Shown here piece by piece: positions 1 to 12,035 of a DNA stretch of 64,000 bases; within the stretch, counting starts at the first letter, position 1; the number at the start of each line of letters is the position of its first letter. A program made the translations under genes and the position numbers. The stretch spans positions 23,870,001 through 23,934,000 of the forward strand of contig OX597816.1 of the NCBI GenBank assembly GCA_951406725.2, written 5' to 3'. This DNA is from Octopus vulgaris (lineage: Eukaryota). The notes beneath the pieces were generated by a model. It was given only the letters and a program-made list of their open reading frames with translations. It was not told where the DNA came from and searched no databases.

Positions 1-95
1 AGGTGTAGGAATAACAACAAGGTGTATTAGTTTAACGCTCGGGAAAAATGGAAAAGGCTTTTACGTTTCTAGTCTACGCTCTTCTGGAGAAAGAA
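1..95 (-). mobile_element. Penelope-like terminal fragment with degenerate minimal hammerhead-like motif
   Basis: Reverse complement reads GAAGAGCGTAGaCTaGAAACGTAAAAG, the same motif as at 11915, 46720 and 52660. Confidence 0.5.
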
Positions 96-104
96 TGAAA
101 ATCT

Positions 105-221
105 GAAGGACCGCTGCAATAAGTGAGTGAATCTGAGAGAGGAATATGTTCGATAAAATCATTATTAACTGATCCTCATGAATTTCTTTTACCCAAAACC
201 AGGAACTTTTCAGCACTCCTT

Positions 222-222
<1 letters not shown>
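105..222. mobile_element. Partial mariner-type MITE (same family as 43285-43498)
   Basis: TIR-like CCAGGAACTTTTCAGCACTCC; internal segment is the reverse complement of part of 43360-43410. Confidence 0.5.
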
Positions 223-266
<44 letters not shown>

Positions 267-423
267 GGAGGTATAGAGACAGAGACAGAGAGATACATAA
301 GCAAACAGATAGTGAGAGAGAAAGACAGACACACAAACACAGAGACAGACATATAGACAAACAGACAGGCAGGCAGGTATACAGACAGACACACAGACAG
401 ACAGACAGACAGACGGATAGACG

Positions 424-510
<87 letters not shown>
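223..510. repeat. Compound microsatellite (GT)n/(GACA)n/(GATA)n
   Basis: Direct reading. Confidence 0.95.
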
Positions 511-906
511 TGTAGCATATTTGAGAGTATATGATAGGTGTGCGTGATGGATATTTAACATGACAATACTGAATGTGCATGCAGTACATAATCTGCATTT
601 TTGAAGACATGTGTTGGCCTATTGAGCATTACAGCAATGTTATAGTGCATATACATTCACATATATACAGATTAGTTACAGGATTCATTAGAATCTAGGC
701 GCATCAACACGTAGGACGCCAGAACTGGCTAGGTGCCATAAAAGAGTTCACAGTAAGGTAAAAACAACCATGAGGTATTGTGTGTTATCATACAGCAGAT
801 ATGTAGATACGCAAGTACCAAATACAATTTAAACCGTAGATCCGACGCAGGGTTAGTTCCAGGGACGGTGTAGATATAAAAAGAAGAATACAAATGGCGT
901 TTAAAA

Positions 907-988
907 TTTACTACAGCTGTTTCGGTAGAATTTTATTGACGTATTTATGTATTATATCATAACATATAATCCACCATCTTCAGATAAA
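907..988 (-). ncRNA. Type I hammerhead ribozyme motif
   Basis: tttat-CTGAAGA-t-GGTGGA...TTCTACC-GAAACAGCTGTA-gtaaa: intact core, stems I and II pair, palindromic stem III ACAGCTGT. Confidence 0.75.
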
Positions 989-1004
989 ACTTTAAACAAT
1001 ACAT

Positions 1005-1084
1005 TTTAACTGACGATGCTGGATATAAGCTATGATGTGATCTATGAATACATATATAAACTGCCACTGAAACAGCTGTAGTAG
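1005..1084 (+). ncRNA. Degenerate type I hammerhead motif (inverted partner of 907-988)
   Basis: CTGACGA...ccact-GAAACAGCTGTA; stems I and II partly decayed. Confidence 0.5.
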
Positions 1085-1181
1085 CTTTTAAACCCCATAT
1101 GTATTCTTTTAATACATACATATGTGTGCGTGTTTGTGTGTGTGTAAATATATCTATTTACATATACATATATATATATAC

Positions 1182-1244
<63 letters not shown>

Positions 1245-1247
<3 letters not shown>

Positions 1248-2138
1248 TTAAATCCTTAAATCCTTAAAAATGTTTTAGCCCGAAGGCCGCGGCCATGCTG
1301 GGGCACCACCGCTGAATGAGCTACACTAGTTTGTGAATCCACCTCTGATACGTGGCACTTGATCAACAAGGGAGTTCGATGCTGCTGCCCGCATCCGTGT
1401 CTCCTGTCGTGAGGTAGGTTCATCTGGGACTCCCAACAAGAAGAGATCCAGTTTAGTTTTAAAGAAACCCACATCCACACCATGTAAGTCTCTCAGGCAT
1501 TTAGGGAGGATGTTAAAGAGCTGTGGTCCTCTGAAACCCAAGCTGTTGCAGTATCTGGACCTGTATTTTGATGGTGATGTTGGAATCCTTGGCACCACGC
1601 AGCGGCGCCCGTTCTGCGGTTGGAGTAACTTTGAATGCCAAAGTTTGGGACAAGACCCTCCAGGATTTTCCAGATGTATATCACTGCATATCTCTCCCGC
1701 CTCCGCTCCAGGGAGAAGAGGTTTAATACCTTCAGTCTTTCCCAGTAGCTGACATTTTGCATTGAGACGATTTTCTTTGTGTAGCTTCTCTGAATTGCTT
1801 CGAGTTCTACTGTTTGTTTTATATTGTGTGGTGACCAAAGTTGGGAGCAGTAGTCCAAGCGACTGAGGACGAATGTTTTCCATAGGACCATCAGTGTCTC
1901 CTTCTCTCTTGTTCTGAAAGTTCGGAGAATCCATCCAGCTAGCCGTCTGCATTTTATCACCAGATTAGCAATATGCATTTGGAAAGATGCATCATTACTC
2001 ATGTCAATGCCCAGGTCACGCACTGATTTTGACTCAGGGATTGCAATTCTTCCTGGGCCAGTGTATCCAGTCTTCACGTCATTTACCTTTGTGTGCCAGT
2101 AGCGCAGGGCCTGGAAATTACCTACATTAAACTGCATG
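1245..2138 (-). mobile_element. 5'-truncated CR1/L2-group LINE: post-RT C-terminus, 3'UTR and (AAGGATTT)n tail
   Basis: Translation [18 protein letters not shown]...[12 protein letters not shown]...[10 protein letters not shown]...[10 protein letters not shown] with a frameshift near 1600; 8-nt tandem tail at 1245-1270. Confidence 0.9.
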
Positions 2139-3156
<1,018 letters not shown>

Positions 3157-3214
3157 AACAATATCTGTTTCAACACACGACTTCACATAAAAAATCTTGC
3201 ACAACAAATATTTA

Positions 3215-3286
<72 letters not shown>

Positions 3287-3287
<1 letters not shown>

Positions 3288-4352
3288 GAGGGGCGTTCAA
3301 TAAGTAATGCCCCTGACCCACTTCCCATAGCAGTAGAGCAACGAAACTTGGCACAGTTATTAGTCTTTTTCTACATAGGAACCACCCAGAGTTACGCATT
3401 TCTCTCATTGTTTGATGCAGCTCTGGAGACCGTTTTTGTAGAAGAACCCAGCTTGGTCCTCCAACCACGACGTGACTTCAGAAATCAAGGCTGCATCATC
3501 TGGGAAACGCTTTCCTTTCAAAAACAACTTCATGACTGGGAAGAGGTGAAAATCAGAGGGTGCAAGGTCAGGAAAGTAGGGGGATGGGGGAGGAGTTCAT
3601 AGCCATACGCCTGTGCTTCTGATCTGGCGACAAGCGAGTTGTGGACCGGAGCGTTGTTCTGCAGGAGGATGCCTTTGCTGATCTTGCCCCGTTCTTGATT
3701 TTGATAACTTCTCTTAATTTCCTCAAAAGTGAAGCATAATAAACTCCTGCAATTGTAGTACCCTTTGCCAGGAAATCTGTCATCACTACTCCGTCCTGGT
3801 CCAGAAGACTGTGAGCATGACCTTGCCAGCGGAGGGCTGCACCCTTGCCTTCTTTGGAGGGGTGAGTCACGGTGCTTTCACTGCATTGACTGGGCTTTGG
3901 TCTCTGGATCATAGTGATGGACCCAGGTTTCATCCTAGTGTAATCAGTCCTTTGAAAAATTTTGACTCATCTTCTTGGCACATCTCCAAATTCACCCTCG
4001 AGCACTCGACGCGTTCTTGCTTCTGGAAAGGCGTGAGCAACCTGGGAATCCATCTGGCAGACACCTTTTGCATATGCAAATGGTCATGAATGATAATTTC
4101 CACAGACCCGTACTAATCTTGACCTCATGGGCTATTTGGCGAATAATTATGCGTCGATCTTCCAAAATGGCAGCCTCAACTTGACGGACAGATGTCTCAT
4201 CAATGGCAGAAGGGGCGACCAGATCTGGGAGCTGTTTCCACAGAGTTCCGACCATGTTTGAATTCACGATGCCAGCGTTTTACCAGGTCATATGATGGGG
4301 CATCATCACCATAAGTTACTTTCATTTCATCAAAAGTCTCCTAAACGTCCGT
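3287..4352 (-). mobile_element. Decayed mariner transposon (irritans/Hsmar2-like); transposase pseudogene, one TIR
   Basis: TA|CGAGGGGCGTTCAATAAGT TIR; peptides VEAAILEDRRII, WVHHYDPETK and GVVMTDFLAKGTTIAGVYYASLLRKLRE, with stops and frameshifts. Confidence 0.9.
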
Positions 4353-4490
4353 CCTTGGTTTCAGATTTTTTAATTAGCCTTCGTTTCATACGTCCTGAGT
4401 GATATATAAAGCTTTCTTTTCATAAGTCCCAATTAATCGTGGTGGTTGACAAAAGAATTAAGAATGTTTATCATATATACTATATGGATA

Positions 4491-4530
4491 CCAGGGAAAT
4501 ATCCCGTGTGTCACACGCGATATACAGCAC
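4491..4530 (-). mobile_element. Probable Helitron 3' terminus
   Basis: Reverse complement CGTGTG-a-CACACG hairpin followed by ...CTGG|T (CTRR). Confidence 0.45.
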
Positions 4531-4574
4531 AGGCAAATAGTTAATGACCATAATATTCCTGTACAACACACCAT

Positions 4575-4865
4575 CGTCTCTCTCTATCTCTCTCTCTCTC
4601 ACACACTATTTTTCTCTCACTCCCTCGTAACTACTTCCCTTGCTCACTTTTTCTCCCTCTTCCTCTCTCTCCCTCACTCTCTCTTTTCCACCTCTCTGTG
4701 TCTCTCTTTCTTCGCCTTATCTCCTTGTTCTTTCTTTCTGCTTCTCCCCCCCTCACTCTTTTTCTCTCCTTCCTGCCCTCCCCTTTCACCTACTCCCCTT
4801 GTTCACTCCTTCTCCTTCTTCCGCCTTTTTCTCTCCTCTATTTCACCCTGTCTTTCATCTTGTCT

Positions 4866-4907
<42 letters not shown>

Positions 4908-5210
4908 TCGTTACCTACTTCCCTTGTTCACTTTTTCTCCTTCCTCCACTATCTCTCCTCTCTCTCACCCTCTATCTCACCATCTCTCCTCTCACTCTCT
5001 CTCATTTTCTCTCTCTCTCTAACCCCTTCTCTCTTCCTCTCTCTTCTCTCTCTCTCCCTCTCTTCTCTCTCTCTCTCTCTGTCTCTCCTATCTCTCCCTT
5101 TCTCCTCTCTCTCTCTCCCTCTCTCCTTCACTTTCTCCCCTTGTTCCCTCTTTCTTTTTCTTCCCTTCTTACTCTCACTCACTCACTCTCTCTCTCCTTT
5201 CTACTCCTCA
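4575..5210. repeat. CT-rich low-complexity tract
   Basis: Polypyrimidine (CT)n-derived sequence with internal duplications. Confidence 0.9.
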
Positions 5211-5336
5211 GATTTACAGGACATTTTTACTTCATGCTTTTATCGTGCATTTGTCTTTCTATTCTCTCATTCCTACAGTATATCGTTAGCAGGTTTCTCT
5301 GCCTGTTTCTCTGTTTATTTGTTTGCAAGTTTATTT

Positions 5337-5554
5337 CTTTGTTCTCATATCAGATCACGATGATATGTTTTACTGTTTTATGCGTTAATGTGGATTGTCT
5401 TTTTTTACTCGGGTTACCACATTACTATTCATCATTATCATACGCAATCGTTTATTTGGCAACACCAGCAGTTGCATGTCCTATACATATATACCTGTGT
5501 ATATACATATATACCAGTATGTGTATGTATATATGCATGTGTATTTCTCTCTCT

Positions 5555-5590
<36 letters not shown>

Positions 5591-5812
5591 TAAATACACT
5601 CTCTCTCTCTTTTACCTCTCTCTCTCTCTCTCTCTCTGTATATGTGTTTCTGTGCATGTATATACAAGAATCGTAATTGCTGGTGTTAGCAAATAAACGA
5701 TTACGTATGATAACGATTAATAGTGATATGGTAACCCGAGTAAGAAAAAGACAATCCACATTAACGCCCAAAACAGCAAAACAAATCATCGGGATCTAAT
5801 ATGAGAACAAAA
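5337..5812. repeat. Foldback: about 140-bp inverted arms (5337-5477 and 5673-5812) around a microsatellite spacer
   Basis: e.g. GTTAATGTGGATTGTCTTTT...ACTCGGGTTACCA versus TGGTAACCCGAGT...AAAAGACAATCCACATTAAC. Confidence 0.85.
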
Positions 5813-6254
5813 AGACTATATATATTACATACATATTATATACATATACACTTACATATATATATTTACAAATATGTATACATACATATAGTTATAAAGT
5901 GCAGGGTAGTCAATGTTTCGGGTCGTGGTAGGACGTTATACATTGCTACTTATTCAATTGTGTTCTGTCCTATATAAAGATATCTTCACTTACACTTAAA
6001 TACTGACATTTGTTTCAGAGATCAGTGTCTGCCAAATTACTGACTTCACTGCATATATTATATTATTTGACGGATTCAGCAGCCTCTTCATCGGTTCACT
6101 ACGGTACATTACTGTAATGGATACTTGGCAGTGCAAATGAATATTTGTGTGTGTATGTGCGTGTTTACGTCTGTATGCACACGTTTACACACACACACAT
6201 GTATATTTATATATACATGCATACATATATACATATATACATATATACATATTT

Positions 6255-6336
<82 letters not shown>

Positions 6337-6337
<1 letters not shown>

Positions 6338-6400
6338 TGTTTCTTTATTAGCCACACAGGGCTGAACACAGACAGGACAAATTACTAAGTAGAGCTTATC
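6337..6400 (-). mobile_element. 3' end of Tx1-like LINE next to (GATA)n
   Basis: Matches 54030-54095. Confidence 0.8.
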
Positions 6401-6534
6401 ACATGTCTCAAAACAAAACGAGGTGAATATGTGCGCGTGCGATTGTGTATGCGAGTGGCATGACTCAATGCATGTTTAGGAACCAATAGGCAAGAGTGGC
6501 GCAGAATTAGAAATGTGTTCCTTTATATAAGGAA

Positions 6535-7850
6535 CTAGCAGAATTGCCCGGCGATCCTCGGGGCTGAATTGCTTGAAAGTACTGTTAATGATTGCACTGA
6601 ATTATGATTATTCAGGCAAATATTGATATAAGTTTACGGTGGGAGATAAGGACTTAACGATCAAACGTGTGCCATTGCATTGTTTTGGGGGAACCAAATT
6701 TCTAATGAGCATTATAGGGGCACCAACTTTAAATTTGAGAATGTGTGGTGGTAGTCCGGGGGGCTCAAAGGAATTGAGTACCTCTATTGGATAGTTGATG
6801 ACGTCCTCTGGGTCAGGAGTTGTATCGATAGACTTATATACATAGACATCCCCAGGAATGAGTTTTAGCATTTCATCATTAATATGGTGAACAGTTTTAT
6901 TCCTCGGGGCCAGAATAGCCCTTTGGCCAATCCAATCCATATTCTGATAATTAGCTTGTAGATCTGGGAACACTGCATCTCTGAGATTAGAAGGCGTTTT
7001 AACAATGGTACAAATGGAATCGATGGCAATATTACCATTTTCATCCCCTGGTATTTTGCCTTCGCCAAGTGCAAGGAGAGTGTGAGAAAATGCTGCTGAT
7101 GTGATATTACGTCGCATATGAGCACGTATATTGGTGTGAAGTTTGAGAGTCTTCACCAGTGGCCACAATGTGGATGACTTAAGACACGCACTTACTGCAT
7201 CAGTTCTAGTCCCTTTGGGAATAACGGGAAGTGTTTGTCGGAAGTCCCCTGAAAGAAGAAGCGTTATGCCTCCCATGGGAGCTGAAGAGTGTTTGATGTC
7301 TCTGAGAGATCTATCTAGTGCCTCAATAGCACCTCTGTGGGCCATCGTGCATTCATCCCAAACGATAAGCTTGCATCGTCTGAAGACTTCTGCCTGATCG
7401 GAGCTGTTACTGATGTTGCAAGTTGGTGTCTCAGTCTTCGCTAAGTCAAGCGGAAGCTTGAAAGTGGAGTGAGCTGTCCTGCCGCCTGGCAACAAAGTAG
7501 CCGCAATTCCAGATGATGCCACAGCTAGGGCAATGCCTTGTGTTCGCCTAATCTCAGCCAATATTAATTTGTTGAGAAAAGTTTTCCCAGTGCCCCAAGG
7601 AGCGTCCAGGAAAAATATCCCCACAGCTTTGGCCCGGACTAAATTAACAACGGAGTTGTAAGCGAACTTCTGTTCTGGAAGGAGCTTTGGCTCATTGTCG
7701 GCTATGTACTCGGCAAGCTCGTCAACATTAAAACATGTCTCACGCAGCAAATGTGAAGACAGCGTGTTTGTGCCTTCCCGGTTTGTTGAAGGTAGGCCAT
7801 AGACCGGCAAGGCACTACCGCCCATATCAAGTACAGTATCTTCGAACGTA
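6535..7850 (-). mobile_element. Helitron fragment with intact 3' end
   Basis: PIF1-like helicase reading frame, then CCCGAGGATCGCCGGG hairpin and CTAG|T terminus at 6535. Confidence 0.93.
6608..7825 (-). pseudogene. Helitron RepHel PIF1-family DNA helicase, partial (no Rep domain, C-terminus deleted)
   Basis: FLDAPWGTGKT (altered Walker A), ASSGIAATLLPGGRTAHS, IVWDECTM, GDFRQTLPV, GAPIMLIRNL...CNGTRL; frame ends before the final helicase motifs. Confidence 0.9.
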
Positions 7851-8912
7851 GTTTGTTACCACACAGCCACACCTGCCCCTATGTATGTGTGTGTGTGTAT
7901 GGGTAGATATATTATGCATGTATATATGTGTATATATATATGTGTGTACATGTTACATGTACATCTATATATATATATACATCTACACATAAAATACAAA
8001 ATAGAAAGTTATATCTTGATATCGCTAGTGATAACAATACTCAAAATATATAAGAGACTGGAATTGTAGGCTCGTCTCTTGCAATTTCGATCAATTGGAT
8101 CTTGTCCTCCCTCTTGTATAGAAGTGTACGGCTGCAGCGAAATTCATTTTTGGACTTTCTTCTATCGAAGGCATTTTAACAAAAATGCTTCCGTAAAGAC
8201 GGTGAAAATATTGTCAATTTCCCCAAACATGGACACAATTCAATTTTAAAACAATAACCAAAGCCCCTTCTCCGAAAGGGGGAGGGTTACGGTTTACAAT
8301 TATTTAACAAATGCAACACAACAACGTTTCCCTGACGAGGAACCAACAAACGTGATTACAATAGTCAAACAGTAATAATAATAACAACAAACCTTTTTAA
8401 TGTATCCCCATTTATGTGAAACCACTTATTCAAGTTCAAGTCAGTGATGCAATTTTATACGAATTGCTAATACACACACACATAATAAGGGTCAAAAACT
8501 GAATATTAATTTGATTAATATGAATTGAAAACCAGTGGTGTAGCATATAAGACCATAGCGGATCTTCTTCTAGCAAAAAGGATGACCAGTATTAATTGCT
8601 CATCCCTTTTATATAAATACTTTCACTTTAATTGTTGCACACTTGCAAAGAGAAAGGAGGAGAAAGTGTAGTGGTAATGGTAGGAGTGAAGCACTTGAAA
8701 TGAAAGAGGGAAATCGTAAAATATTGAGTTTTCTCGAATTTTTGCTTAATTGGGGGTGAAATTGAAAAAACTTTACATGCCATGACCCAATGGAATCTAC
8801 TTGGAAAAATGATAGGTAAATTCCAATTGAAGAAATTCTATATTGTAGAATTGTATAAAAAACGAACGGTTTGGGAGGAAGAGAAAATTTGCCTTTTATC
8901 ATAAGAGATGAA

Positions 8913-8971
8913 CCGGAAGTCCCTGACTTCCACGTCATCCGGAAGGTAATTGGAAACTTCTAGAATATTCG
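8913..8971. promoter_or_regulatory. Candidate promoter/enhancer module: ETS, UPRE and a perfect four-unit heat-shock element
   Basis: CCGGAAGT 8913-8920; TGACGTGG (minus) 8930-8937; CCGGAAG 8939-8945; gGAAacTTCtaGAAtaTTCg 8952-8971. Confidence 0.55.
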
Positions 8972-9149
8972 AGGGCGATTACTTTCGTTAGATCTCTTTT
9001 TCGTTTTGCTTCCCTGCTTGACCGCCAGGGGTCACTACACCAAGATTCTGAAGGCTATAATTCACCAATGAAAACAATTCCTGCAATGACATTTCATCTT
9101 TTCTTTTTCTATTTCTTTTTCTTTTAAGTCTTTTTTGTTCATTAAACTG

Positions 9150-9822
9150 AAGTGGAACATCCTAGCTACGATGGGTTGGCCAAGTTCAAAGATATGTCGG
9201 ACGATCAATGGGACCCGCCTAACAAAAAAGTACTGCCGTCACCGGCCGTTAAGGAAGAACTAAGGGAGTCTATAGATGATTGTAAACGTAAAATTGTAAG
9301 AGCGACGGAGCCCAATATGAACTACAAGGCAGCAATACCAAAATTGCTGAGACCCCCTTCGGTCATGACTGACCATGGGATTGAACCTAGAAAGTTACCC
9401 TCCGAGGTTCAAGTCCGGGCAAGGTTGTTTATGGAAGACCAGCAGTCACCCATGCATATCGGCCTCCCCTCTCCACGTCACCAATGTTATCCAAGGGAAA
9501 GGCAACAGCAGATAGAGCTTGGCACCTGTGACCGTCACAACTCTTTATAGCTGAGTGAACTGGAGCAACGTGAAATAAAGTGTCTTGCTCAAGAACACAA
9601 CACGCAGCCCGGTCCGGGATTCGAACTCACAACCTCACGATCGTAAGCTCGGCGCTCTAAACACTGAGTCATGCGCCTTCACAATACCAAAATAAACTAA
9701 AATAAACATCTAAAATATTCAATATTGATGTTTCCACGTGGACTGTTGCTGCATTTGATGATCCGTTATGGAGGGGGAAATTCCACTTAGGATGTGATTC
9801 TTCTGAACGTTACTGTAAAGGG
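9150..9822 (+). mobile_element. Old RTE-like LINE C-terminal remnant interrupted by SINEs
   Basis: Fragments resembling RLTKKVL, DDCKR and NIDVSTWTVAAFDDPLWR. Confidence 0.45.
9349..9682 (-). mobile_element. tRNA-derived CORE-like SINE (family C) with TSD
   Basis: B box GTTCGAATCC; core GTTCTTGAGCAAGACACTT; TSD CAATACCAAAAT on both sides. Confidence 0.85.
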
Positions 9823-9825
9823 AGT

Positions 9826-10153
9826 GAGGGCGCGTGGCTTAGTGGTTGGGGCATTCGGCTCATGATCGTATGGTTGTGAGTTCGATTCCCGGCGACGCGT
9901 TGTGTCCTTGAGCAAGACACTTTATTTCACGTTGCTCCAGTTCACTCAGCTGGCAAAAATGAGTTGTACTTGTATTTCAAAGGGTCAGCCTTGTCACTCT
10001 CTGTGTCACGCTGATTATCCCCGAGAACTACGTTAAGGGTACACGTGTCTGTGGAATGCTCAGCCATTTGCACGTTAATTTCACGAGCAAGCTGTTCCGT
10101 TGATCGTATCAGCTGGGATCCTCGTCGTCGTAACCGGCGGAGTCTTTTTTTTT
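9826..10153 (+). mobile_element. Family C SINE with an alternative 3' tail and TSD
   Basis: Head GGCGCGTGGCTTAGTGG...GTTCGATTCC; TSD ACTGTAAAGGG; same tail at 52330-52520 and 60670-60855. Confidence 0.85.
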
Positions 10154-10354
10154 TAAACTGTAAAGGGTATATTGATGGGAGACGTCGACGAAACGAAACC
10201 GACCAGCAAGGAGGACCATTAGACTCGGTCGCTCGCCATTTTTCATGCCCTCGTTGACAGCTTACAATATAGTTTGTTTCTTTTTAGAACTCTAGGATAA
10301 ATCTAATGATATCAAATATTTGACGATGATAGATATCAAAAACAATAAACGATA

Positions 10355-10663
10355 AACGTCGCCCTTTTCAAGACTAGCCAGGCCCATGGGCCCGGTTTCC
10401 CGGTTTCTGTGGCGTATGGTGCTCCACCCCAGCTGGACGGGACGCCAGTCCATCGCAGCGTTACTCAAGAAACAGCAAGAGAGAGTGAGAGGAAGTTGTG
10501 GCGAAAGAGTACAACAGGGGTGACCACCACTCGCTGTCGGGGCCTCGTGGAGCTTTTGGGTGTTTTCGCTCAATAAGCACATACAACGCCCGGTCTGGGA
10601 ATCGAAACCGCGATCCTCCGACTGCGAGTCCGCTGCCCTAACCACTGGGCTATTGTGCCTCCA
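10355..10663 (-). mobile_element. tRNA(Arg)-like SINE (family D) with V-domain-like segment
   Basis: Head CCCAGTGGTTAGGGCAGCGGACTCG...GTTTCGATTCC; CTGCGATGGACTGGCGTCCCGTCCAG. Confidence 0.8.
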
Positions 10664-10702
10664 TGAGAGATGCCAAACACTACTATTATTATCATACGTG
10701 TG

Positions 10703-10910
10703 AAGGCGGCGAGCTAGCAGAATTGTGAACAAACCGGACGAAATGCTTAAAAGTATTTCGTCCGTCTTTAAGTTCAGAGTTCAAATTCCGCCAAGGTCGA
10801 CTTTGCCTTTCACCCTTTCGATGTCGATTAAATAAGTACCAGTTACGCACTGGGGTCGATGTTATCGATTTAATCTACTCCCCCAAGCTGCCCTTGTTGC
10901 AAAAATTTTA
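10703..10910 (+). mobile_element. Family B SINE (Deu/Nin-domain-like), non-Tx1 tail
   Basis: GGCGGCGAGCT...GTTCAAATTCC...GTCGACTTTGCCTTTCA...AAGTACCAG. Confidence 0.85.
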
Positions 10911-10954
10911 AATAATTATTATCATACGTGCGTATGTATGTATCGAGACTGAGA

Positions 10955-11099
10955 GGTAAGAAGCTGGCTTCACAACCACATGGTACCGAGTTCAGTCCCA
11001 CAGCGTGGCACCTTGAGCAAGTATCTTCTACTATAGCCTCGGGCCGACCAAAGCCTTGTCAGTGAATTTGCTAGACGGAAACTGAAAGATGCCTGTCGA

Positions 11100-11175
<76 letters not shown>

Positions 11176-11385
11176 GTGTGTGTGTCTTTGTGTCTGTGTT
11201 TGTCGCCCCGTCGCTGCTTAACAACCGGTGTTGGTGTGTTTACGTCCCCGTAACTTAGCGGTTTAGCAAAAAGGACTGATAGAAAAAATAGTAGGCTTAA
11301 AAAATAAATCCTGAGGTCGATTTGTTCGACTAAAATCCTTCAATGCGATGCTCCAACATGGCCGCAGATAAATGAATAAAAGAAT
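10955..11385 (+). mobile_element. Family A SINE
   Basis: Core GGCACCTTGAGCAAGT, internal (TA)n(TG)n, 3' GCTCCAACATGGCCGC. Confidence 0.85.
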
Positions 11386-11869
11386 GTGTATTCCTTCCCC
11401 CTTAATTATTACCCCCTCCCTCGTAAGCCCACTCCACCCCTACACATTCCACTCCCATCTTCCCTAACCTTCCCCTAACCCACCCCACCCATCCCTAACA
11501 CCCGCTCCAACATACCCACCCTCAGCCTAACCCACACCCCATCCTTGCTTTCCCCACTCTCGCCTCTCCCACCTCCCAACACCATCACACCACACCACGA
11601 CACCATACACCACCATACCACACAACACATCACATCACAACACACCACCACGCACACACCAGCACTGACCACTTTCCAGACCCATATTTTCACACCTACA
11701 CGCATACGTCAAGATCACCAACCCTCTTCCACACACACGTACAAATTCTGTTATACACACGCACGCGTACCTTAGTTTTGGGATCACCACTACTTTATTA
11801 TCTCCCCTTCTCCCTAGCTCTCCTGTGCGACCCTTCTGTCCGGCATTCGCCACGATAGATCGCTAGCCA

Positions 11870-12035
11870 CAACACATTCATTATTTTCTCTCCTTGTTTC
11901 TGTGTTCCTTTCTATGGAAGAGCGTAGGCTCGAAACGTTAAAGACTTTTCACTTCCCGAGCGTTATACCAATATATCTGTTTGTTGTCTACACCTCCTGT
12001 CTTCGCCTTTTGTTTTTTTTTTGTCAGTTCTCCCT
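11870..12035 (+). mobile_element. Penelope-like terminal repeat fragment
   Basis: GAAGAGCGTAGGCTCGAAACGTTAAAGAC followed by the same tail as 46740-46835. Confidence 0.6.

Larger units (their letters stand above)
680..1112. mobile_element. Penelope-like pseudo-LTR remnant with an inverted repeat carrying two hammerhead motifs
   Basis: 880-1000 and 1000-1112 are imperfect inverted copies; homologous blocks recur at 43860-44340. Confidence 0.6.

Noticed and set aside
61-610. ORFs rich in IYLS, THTH, YIYI and CVCV (here and throughout)
   Set aside because: Stop-free translations of microsatellites
4640-5593. 317-aa Leu/Ser/Pro ORF
   Set aside because: Translation of a CT low-complexity tract
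6608-7825. Host PIF1 helicase gene
   Set aside because: Intronless, truncated and attached to a Helitron 3' terminus
8090-8235. Short minus-strand ORFs near the candidate promoter
   Set aside because: Under 30 codons with no recognisable motif
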